20,000 nt of DNA, taken from IMG/VR virus record IMGVR_UViG_3300030330_006072. The stretch is one strand, 5' to 3'. How positions within the stretch are numbered: the stretch's first letter is position 1; each line of letters starts with the position of its first letter. Source of the DNA: an uncultured virus (IMG/VR IMGVR_UViG_3300030330_006072). Its lineage: Duplodnaviria > Heunggongvirae > Uroviricota > Caudoviricetes. Shown here in pieces: positions 14,042 through 20,000 of this stretch. The notes under the pieces are model-generated. The model did not search any database and was not told the origin of the DNA. It saw only the letters and a program-made list of their open reading frames with translations. The position numbers were made by a program, and so were the translations under genes.

Positions 14042-15966
14042 TATTCACCCTCGTAGTACTTTAAATCTTCTGGTACAATCGGACTTGCTTGGAGCTTTTG
14101 TATAATCGCAGATGACAATTGGTCGTTTGCGCCCGCCTCCTTGAGAGCAGCCAAAACAGAGACTTCGTTACAATAATGATATATAGAAAACTCATTCGTT
14201 ATTGCCGTTGCAATTAACTCTTCCCACAATCCCTCTTCCGTATTAGGTAATTGATTAACTAATTTTCGAAGGGCTTTTCTCGCACTTCTTTGTACTTTTA
14301 AGTCTAAATTAATCTGCTGTTTTGGTGATGATTGTTGTGATTGATTGGATTGTAATGGATTTGGCATCGGCTGCTGTTGCTGCTGTTGCTGCTGTTGCTG
14401 TTGCTGTTGTTGGGGCTGTTGAGACAAGGCTGCTTGTGGATAGGAGGGAACAGGAACATTGGGATTCATACCCGCATAAGGGTTGTATTGTGGCTGCATT
14501 GGTGCTTCTGATGATGCTTTGGCCTCGATACCCGCTTTCATAACTTCCGCAGCATTCCCCGCTATTTTTGTCAATGCTCCAATTACCTCTGATGATGTTG
14601 TCCCGCCATCGCCATTCATAAATCTATCTATTAAATCTCTTGGTTCAATCCCAAAATCTTCTAAGGTAGACTTTGCCTCTTTTATGATCCCTTTTAGTCC
14701 GCCAAGTCCGCTTTGTTTTTGATTGTCAAACTGGAGTAATTGTAGCTGCATCATGCGCTCTTGGTGCTCTTTATCCCTCGTAGCGGCCATTTCCATTTCT
14801 TTGAGCTTTAATTCATGCTGCCTTTGACGTTCTTGTTCTCGTTCTTTGGAGTCTCTTGTCTCTCTTAGTCTTTTCTCCTCGGCTTCTTTTCTCCTATCTC
14901 TTTCTCTACGTTCATATTCTATACGCTCTAACTCTCTTTTTTGCTCCCATTCTTGGCGCATTTGCTGCATACGCTCTTGTGCCTCTTGTCTATCTCGATC
15001 TCTCCGTAGTCGCTCCTCTTCCATTCTTACTCTGGCTTCCAGTTGGATCATTTCAAGACGTTGCTTCATATCTTCCTTCTCTTGTTGTCTCCTTAGATTA
15101 TCTTGAGACATCATTCGTTCGTAGAAGGTTTTATCTTTTTGAATTTGCTGTTCCGCTTGTTGAGTGGCCCGATCTCTTTCAGCTTGTAAAACCTCTAGGT
15201 TGGACTGAAAGAACGCAGCCATCGAGTCTTGTGCTTGTCTATTGCGCTCACTTTCTTGTCGTATCATAGCCTCGTGTCGTTTTGCATCTGCATCCATCAT
15301 TCTTTGAGATATTGTCTCTACTCCTGTTGCGGCATTGGAGGCCAAGTCTATCCGTTCTTGGGCCATTTGGGACATAAGTTGTTGTGTTCGCCTACGTTCC
15401 TCAGCCAAAGCATCTTGAGAGGCTTGTAGCGTTCTATTCAGCATTTCAATCATCGACTGATGCACACTGCTTTCTGGATTTGATTGTGGGACTAAAGCAT
15501 CTTGTTTTGACATTTTCTTTAGTAATGCGTGATGTTCCGAAATAACAAAAGTTATTTCCGATCCTAATTCTGAACCATCTATGTTTAGAGGCCGACATTT
15601 AAAGGTTTTTTTCAAGTCGCCTGTCTTGGGCATTGCGGAAGGGAATTGTCGGATAAAATCCTCTTCCGTTGCATTGGCATCTATGAGTCCTAAACCTGTT
15701 GGAATTCCGTTTTCAATTGCCCAACACCTTAATTGGGTACATTCATTAAAATTTGACGCTTGAGCAAATATAAGAGGAGAGCTTGATCGGCCTTGCATTT
15801 GGGTGGCACTGCTTCCATGTATCGTAGATTGTAGCCTGTTACCGCCTATTGTGGGTGATTCTGGCAATATTTCTTCTCTACCTATCGGTCTAAGTTCTGG
15901 TTCGTCGGAATCCTCATCAAAACCAAGATCGAATAATTCGTCATCCCTACCTTTATTCTCGCTCAT
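14041..15966 (-). CDS. Large coiled-coil/low-complexity protein with polyQ tract
   Basis: 641 aa, RBS ACAAGGAGA. Acidic N-tail, small globular domain, long E/R/K/Q/M-rich helical region, P/Q-rich linker with Q14, helical C-terminal domain. Confidence 0.88.
   Translation of the reverse strand: MSENKGRDDELFDLGFDEDSDEPELRPIGREEILPESPTIGGNRLQSTIHGSSATQMQGRSSSPLIFAQASNFNECTQLRCWAIENGIPTGLGLIDANATEEDFIRQFPSAMPKTGDLKKTFKCRPLNIDGSELGSEITFVISEHHALLKKMSKQDALVPQSNPESSVHQSMIEMLNRTLQASQDALAEERRRTQQLMSQMAQERIDLASNAATGVETISQRMMDADAKRHEAMIRQESERNRQAQDSMAAFFQSNLEVLQAERDRATQQAEQQIQKDKTFYERMMSQDNLRRQQEKEDMKQRLEMIQLEARVRMEEERLRRDRDRQEAQERMQQMRQEWEQKRELERIEYERRERDRRKEAEEKRLRETRDSKEREQERQRQHELKLKEMEMAATRDKEHQERMMQLQLLQFDNQKQSGLGGLKGIIKEAKSTLEDFGIEPRDLIDRFMNGDGGTTSSEVIGALTKIAGNAAEVMKAGIEAKASSEAPMQPQYNPYAGMNPNVPVPSYPQAALSQQPQQQQQQQQQQQQQQPMPNPLQSNQSQQSSPKQQINLDLKVQRSARKALRKLVNQLPNTEEGLWEELIATAITNEFSIYHYCNEVSVLAALKEAGANDQLSSAIIQKLQASPIVPEDLKYYEGE
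14371..14412 (-). repeat. CAG/CAA trinucleotide tract encoding 14 Gln
   Basis: Plus strand reads ctg ctg ttg ctg ctg ttg ctg ctg ttg ctg ttg ctg ttg ttg. Confidence 0.9.
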
Positions 15967-16063
15967 GTAAATCTCCTTGTAAAATTCTGTATCAACAAAA
16001 TATGTTCTTTAAATTGCTTTTTCAAGGGTATGATTTTAATATCATATCTAAAGGAGAAAATAT

Positions 16064-16417
16064 ATGTCGATATTAAACAGAAAGAAAAAGCCTAACAAAA
16101 CAAAACCAAATCCCTTTAGAAGACCATTTGAATTCCAAGAACCAGAACCCAAAAATTCAGATACTATTTCTCGTCCTCCTTTGGTCGAAACTCCTTTACG
16201 ACAGAAGAGCGTCCCTAAAAAACCCAAAACAAAGAAAGTTGGTCGGCCCGCATACAAAAACCCCAAAAACAAGAAAAATAAACGCTTTACAGTATGCTGT
16301 ACAGAAGGGGAAATGAGAGAGATCCGTATTTTTGCAGCGGAGCGTGATATAAGCGTGTCGGATCTGGTTATGCGTTGTATTTCTCAATACATCTTAGAGA
16401 AAAAAGGGCCTAAATGA
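16064..16417 (+). CDS. Basic protein with C-terminal ribbon-helix-helix domain
   Basis: RBS AAAGGAGA. K/P-rich disordered N-terminus with KKVGRP, then KRFTVCCTEGEMREIRIFAAERDISVSDLVMRCI (RHH pattern). Confidence 0.78.
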   Translation: MSILNRKKKPNKTKPNPFRRPFEFQEPEPKNSDTISRPPLVETPLRQKSVPKKPKTKKVGRPAYKNPKNKKNKRFTVCCTEGEMREIRIFAAERDISVSDLVMRCISQYILEKKGPK

Positions 16418-16488
16418 TCCAAAAGGATCACTACGTTTTTTTATGACTCTATTATAATGAAAAAGCGTATTTTTTTTTTGGAGACATC

Positions 16489-16836
16489 ATGCAACAACAA
16501 TATCAAGGCTATCCCAACTATCTACACCAACGATCCCAATTTGACTATTACAGTCCCAAGCTTGCGGGATTCAGCAATGGATTTGGTGGAATGGTTTATA
16601 ATCCTTACGGTGGAGTCAAGGAAGACATCATGGCTATGCCATCCAATTGGTTTGCGGGTGCTAAAGAAGGCTCTTTCGATTCTTGGGCGGGTGTAGCGGG
16701 CCTTGGAATGATACTTGCGCCAATGTTGGCTAAAAAAGGCTTCCTTAAAAAGAAAATGCCCAAACAGGTTATGCGTTTGGGCGGTTTGGCTCTGGTTGCA
16801 TACAGTGCGTATCGTTCCTATCAGCCAGTAGTCTAA
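16489..16836 (+). CDS. Small membrane protein with Q/Y/G-rich N-terminus
   Basis: 115 aa, GGAG RBS, upstream TATAAT. Two hydrophobic segments flank a basic loop. The stop overlaps the convergent SWIM gene stop (CTAA 16833-16836). Confidence 0.75.
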   Translation: MQQQYQGYPNYLHQRSQFDYYSPKLAGFSNGFGGMVYNPYGGVKEDIMAMPSNWFAGAKEGSFDSWAGVAGLGMILAPMLAKKGFLKKKMPKQVMRLGGLALVAYSAYRSYQPVV

Positions 16837-17234
16837 AAAGGCACAAGCTCTCTATCTCTTTGGTCGAGAACAGCTAAGGGATCAACTCCCCTTGTCTTAG
16901 CCTCTAAGAGAGACGCAAAGGCTACGATGTGTTCGCAGCATCCATGTGCATAGTATATTTGCTTATGCCAGAGGCAAGAACAGGAAATGGATACGTCGGG
17001 GCGATACTCGGCTGCATAAAGATTGATTGAAACATCGTATTGTTCAATCAATCCTTTATAGATTCCAAGTGTCGGATTGCTCGATTTCCACAAAACGTCA
17101 AATTTACCCTCTTGGAGAATAATCTTTGCTTTTTCAAATCGGCTATGTTCTGCTCGAATCGGTCTGCGCCAAACTTCGTTAAGTTTGGCGACTGTAAGGA
17201 GACGAATAAGTCGTTTTTCTTCATCGCTACGCAT
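16833..17234 (-). CDS. SWIM zinc-finger protein
   Basis: YDVSI...ISCSC-x11-CCEHIVA matches the SWIM CxC-xn-CxH motif with its preceding Y-x-V strand. AGGAGA RBS. Confidence 0.8.
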   Translation of the reverse strand: MRSDEEKRLIRLLTVAKLNEVWRRPIRAEHSRFEKAKIILQEGKFDVLWKSSNPTLGIYKGLIEQYDVSINLYAAEYRPDVSISCSCLWHKQIYYAHGCCEHIVAFASLLEAKTRGVDPLAVLDQRDRELVPF

Positions 17235-18411
17235 TTTGCTCTCCTATCCAATACCAACTATCGGTTAAGGTGGAGGCAACCTTTAATTGCTTAGATGATA
17301 CCAACCATTTCAAAGCCTCATCGACTACTCTTTGAGGTTTTTGTAAGCGTTTGAGGATAGATGCATAATGAACTTTTCCTCCAGTTTGCCCGACAAACTC
17401 GATAACTCTTCTACGCATTCGAGACGAATCATCGGGGGATAAAGTTTCTGAAAGGCTGAACAAAGACTCTATTAAAAATTCTGTAACATAAATTGCTAAA
17501 GTTAATGTTTGCGGTTGTATATCCCATCTTTGACCAAAAGAAGAAAGTCCTTGATCAAAATGCAACAGGTGTGCGATACGAAGACAATGTGCGGGTATAC
17601 GTGTCTTGGCTCCTGTTATGATGTTGGGGAATGGTCTTGTCTGGAGATCATTAAACCAGTGTGTCCAAAGATCCAAAGCTTCCTTATTTGGCCCCTCACA
17701 TACTCCAATACCATTCTGTTTGCGTTGGGATAGGGTAGAGACTAACCAGTCCTCCCCTTTGACTCGTCGGCCTTTATTGGGCCAAGCATCAGTACGCTCT
17801 CGATGTGCATGGATAAAAAAGAATCGACCAAGAAATCCGCCATGCCAGTCTTCTTCCGATGTGTAGGACTCCAAATATTTTACTGCACATGCAGCAAGGA
17901 GCGTTAATCTAGGCTTTTCACATTTTACGGTTTCGCCCGCCTTAGCTCTCTCTTGGGGTGTTCCATCCCAAAGATCGGTTAAGAGAGTCTTTATTGCTTC
18001 TCCGTATCCTGTTTTGGTATTTGAAAAGAAATATCCAAACTCTGAATAGCTAAGAATTTGTGTTGGCTTCTCGGACAGCGATTGAATCAATCCCTCTGGT
18101 GAAGCGGGTTTATCACCTTGGAGACTAGAAGACACTTTGTATAAGATTTTCTTTCCGATAGATAAAGCAGTGGATTTTTGCTCTACCCCGCTACGACCAA
18201 CAACACATCCATAAAATGTCGGAGGAAGAGACGTGATGAAAGGTATCCCCGAATTTGGCGGCATACATACGTTTAGGAGTCCAAGACCAACACATAGGTG
18301 ATAGGCACTTGGAGCCGTTGTTTTTTGACTGGCATAACTAATATACTTACGTAGCCAGCTTTTATCGGGGAGTTTTTGGCAAAACTCCCTAATAGACTGT
18401 TCTTTTATCAT
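17227..18411 (-). CDS. DUF3987/YfjI-like P-loop NTPase (putative replicative helicase) with C-terminal winged helix
   Basis: Walker A variant GRSGVEQKSTA, SPEGL, Walker B variant ILSYSEF, LLTDLWDG, PRLTLLAA, GFLGRF (Arg finger-like). HTH-like C-terminus. RBS ACAAAGGAAAACA. Confidence 0.8.
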   Translation of the reverse strand: MIKEQSIREFCQKLPDKSWLRKYISYASQKTTAPSAYHLCVGLGLLNVCMPPNSGIPFITSLPPTFYGCVVGRSGVEQKSTALSIGKKILYKVSSSLQGDKPASPEGLIQSLSEKPTQILSYSEFGYFFSNTKTGYGEAIKTLLTDLWDGTPQERAKAGETVKCEKPRLTLLAACAVKYLESYTSEEDWHGGFLGRFFFIHAHRERTDAWPNKGRRVKGEDWLVSTLSQRKQNGIGVCEGPNKEALDLWTHWFNDLQTRPFPNIITGAKTRIPAHCLRIAHLLHFDQGLSSFGQRWDIQPQTLTLAIYVTEFLIESLFSLSETLSPDDSSRMRRRVIEFVGQTGGKVHYASILKRLQKPQRVVDEALKWLVSSKQLKVASTLTDSWYWIGEQNA

Positions 18412-18438
18412 TGTTTTCCTTTGTTTCTGATTTCTGTT

Positions 18439-18459
18439 TGTGGGGTGGCTTGCCCCACA
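18439..18459. promoter_or_regulatory. GC-rich hairpin TGTGGGG-7nt-CCCCACA in the leader of the DUF3987 gene
   Basis: Perfect 7-bp inverted repeat in an otherwise AT-rich divergent intergenic region. Confidence 0.5.
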
Positions 18460-18550
18460 TCAAAAATATATGGTATCCATTGACAACGCAATAACAATTT
18501 TTTAAATGCGGCTTTTAAACGTCTTGCAGCCCAATTTCAGAACAAAAATA

Positions 18551-18599
18551 TTTTTTTTCAAAAAAAGTCTTGACGTGCCAATAGTAAGTGAATTAGACT
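18551..18599 (+). promoter_or_regulatory. Sigma70-type promoter
   Basis: A/T tracts (UP-like), TTGACG at 18570-18575, 18-bp spacer, TAGACT at 18594-18599, then RBS ACAAGGAGA and ATG 18629. Confidence 0.65.
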
Positions 18600-18628
18600 A
18601 TCCATGTACCACAAAACAAGGAGAAATC

Positions 18629-18799
18629 ATGTACGAGTTACAGTACAGACAACCAATAACAAAATACGTCAAACGTCGTTTATTCAAAACCTTAGCATTA
18701 GCCATCAGTAAAGCAAACCAACTTGGATTAGCCAAATATACAATCTCTTGCAATGGAATCGTTGTTTATAGCTGTTCGGGGGTGCGTTATGCTAACTAA
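18629..18799 (+). CDS. Small basic hypothetical protein (56 aa), likely early gene
   Basis: Start moved from 18506 to ATG 18629 on the basis of the RBS and promoter position. Confidence 0.7.
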   Translation: MYELQYRQPITKYVKRRLFKTLALAISKANQLGLAKYTISCNGIVVYSCSGVRYAN

Positions 18800-18908
18800 T
18801 TTGAAAGCATTTCTTAAGCAATTCATCGAAGATATGGCCTGTTTTGGTGTTCTTATTCTTATCTCTTATTGGTGTGCTTGGATCGGAGTAAATGCCCTAT
18901 TTGGATAA
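18789..18908 (+). CDS. 39-aa single-TM peptide MLTNLKAFLKQFIEDMACFGVLILISYWCAWIGVNALFG
   Basis: Not in the ORF track. ATG 18789 overlaps the previous gene end, GGGGTG upstream, TAA at 18906-18908. Confidence 0.6.
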   Translation: MLTNLKAFLKQFIEDMACFGVLILISYWCAWIGVNALFG

Positions 18909-18935
18909 AAATATTTCAAATCGTTAAAAATTTTG

Positions 18936-18969
18936 GTATAAAAAGATAGACTTTTTATACTTTTTTTTT
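18936..18969 (+). promoter_or_regulatory. Inverted repeat GTATAAAAAG-ATAGA-CTTTTTATAC followed by T9 (weak terminator, or operator over an extended -10 TGGTATAAA)
   Basis: Perfect 10-bp arms at 18936-18945 and 18951-18960. Confidence 0.45.
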
Positions 18970-18977
18970 GGTTTTTT

Positions 18978-19238
18978 ATGAATGTAAGCTTTTCAGAATT
19001 AGAGAGAACAGGTGCAGAATTCGGAATAGTCGTAACAATACGGTTGTATATCTCTTTGTATCCTCTTAAAACACAAGAAGATCGCATTAAAGCGATCTCT
19101 ATTTTAAACGATATAAAGCACGTATATATGGACTTCTGTAAAACTCAAGATCCTAGGCGCATCGAATCTTTATCGGGGGAAATATATCAAATTTGGGAAG
19201 AATTCTCAGCACTATATGCTCCTATGTTGGATAATTAG
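18978..19238 (+). CDS. Hypothetical protein
   Basis: 86 aa, abuts the HTH gene. No clear RBS. Confidence 0.6.
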   Translation: MNVSFSELERTGAEFGIVVTIRLYISLYPLKTQEDRIKAISILNDIKHVYMDFCKTQDPRRIESLSGEIYQIWEEFSALYAPMLDN

Positions 19239-19239
19239 G

Positions 19240-19503
19240 ATGGAAGAGACTTTTGGTTTTTGGCTCAAACAGCAAATCGAAAAACGGTTTGGAACATCCC
19301 AAGGCTGCAAGCTTTTTTCTCAAAAGATCGGGTATCCGATCTTAACGATATATCGTTGGATACGAAACGAGCGTACACCTTCTGGTACTGCGCTCTCTCT
19401 GATTGTTAAGGTTTTAGCGGATGCGGATGAGTCGGAAAGCTCCAACGCTTTCCAAGTTTTAGCGGGTGAAGCATTGCTTCAAATTCTTCATTCTCGGACG
19501 TAA
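19240..19503 (+). CDS. XRE/Cro-C1-type helix-turn-helix protein
   Basis: Likely start ATG 19240. TFGFWLKQ...FSQKIGYPILTIYRWIRNERTPSGTALSLIVKVL fits the XRE pattern. Confidence 0.8.
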   Translation: MEETFGFWLKQQIEKRFGTSQGCKLFSQKIGYPILTIYRWIRNERTPSGTALSLIVKVLADADESESSNAFQVLAGEALLQILHSRT

Positions 19504-19504
19504 A

Positions 19505-19822
19505 ATGGATAAGAAAATATACATTTTGTGTGAAGATGGGGTTATGTACACTGGTATTCGTATTTCTACTTCCAACGAGGCGATATTAAGAGGTGTGCGC
19601 TTGGCAATGGCCCTAGGGTTTGACAGCATCAAGATGAAGAACAGCACAATCCAAGTGATACAAGATGAGAAGAAAATAAAGATGTCTGGACTACTCATAG
19701 TGGATAAAAATAGACTCAATACATCTATTTTCATTTCAGATATTCTATTAGACAATGTATCAGAGACAACAGATGTCAAAGTGGGATCTCCTAAGCCATT
19801 CGGAGATCCAATAGAAGAATAG
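19505..19822 (+). CDS. Hypothetical protein
   Basis: Likely start ATG 19505 directly after the HTH gene stop, 105 aa. Confidence 0.7.
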   Translation: MDKKIYILCEDGVMYTGIRISTSNEAILRGVRLAMALGFDSIKMKNSTIQVIQDEKKIKMSGLLIVDKNRLNTSIFISDILLDNVSETTDVKVGSPKPFGDPIEE

Positions 19823-19852
19823 AGAGAATCCAAACAGGATTCTCTTAATTTA
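19823..19852 (+). terminator. Terminator-like hairpin
   Basis: AGAGAATCC-AAACA-GGATTCTCT (19823-19845) directly after the stop codon, followed by A/T-rich sequence. Confidence 0.55.
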
Positions 19853-20000
19853 ATTAAAATTAAAGAAATTAAGCCTAGAGAGTTTAAAATCCTAATTTTA
19901 AAAAAAGGTATGGCTACCGATTTTATATTAAGATCGGTTCTATATCTGCTTTGTACTCTCTTGATCCAGAATGCGTCAAGTTTTTTTTTGCACATTGTTT

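Larger units (their letters stand above)
1..20000. mobile_element. Fragment of a bacteriophage/prokaryotic dsDNA virus genome
   Basis: Endolysin plus holin-like gene, virion-like S/T/G-rich proteins, DUF3987-like NTPase, small RHH/HTH regulators and many orphan ORFs. Genes are tightly packed with bacterial SD sites and no housekeeping genes. No ends or att sites are visible. Confidence 0.85.

Noticed and set aside
14322..15763. Several plus-strand ORFs (poly-Ala/Val and Ser/Leu-rich)
   Set aside because: Antisense by-products of the low-complexity 641-aa gene.
18480..18508. Second plus-strand promoter at TTGACA 18480-18485
   Set aside because: No TAnnnT hexamer at 16-18 bp spacing.
19459..19995. 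178-aa minus-strand ORF
   Set aside because: TTG start in AT-rich sequence, antisense to the coupled plus-strand operon, and it crosses a terminator-like hairpin.
1..20000. Eukaryotic giant virus origin or alternative genetic code
   Set aside because: A peptidoglycan amidase, SD sites, coupled operons and a sigma70-like promoter indicate a bacterial host. TAA, TAG and TGA all terminate genes at sensible positions.

Overview
This is a gene-dense, AT-rich fragment that reads as part of a bacterial dsDNA virus genome. It has Shine-Dalgarno sites (often ACAAGGAGA), many overlapping start/stop codons, the standard code and no host housekeeping genes. From left to right: (1) a minus-strand lysis cassette with an amidase endolysin and a holin-like gene; (2) a plus-strand operon of Ser/Thr/Gly-rich, probably structural proteins, with an MreB-like actin ATPase and two partner genes inserted in it; (3) a multi-domain protein whose modules are each separated by Asn-Pro, including an intact Cu/Zn superoxide dismutase lacking its canonical disulfide and an apparently permuted DUF5824-like module; (4) a candidate minus-strand small RNA whose loop is a perfect 13-nt complement to the RBS of the DUF3987-like helicase gene 9 kb away; (5) a pseudo-Nudix protein and a tandem set of tail-anchored membrane paralogs; (6) a regulatory/replication region with two RHH proteins, a polyQ coiled-coil protein, a SWIM zinc finger, a DUF3987-like NTPase and an XRE HTH. 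No capsid, terminase, polymerase, integrase, tRNA or CRISPR array is recognisable, so virus lineage and host cannot be assigned. All family calls come from reading motifs by eye, not from database searches.
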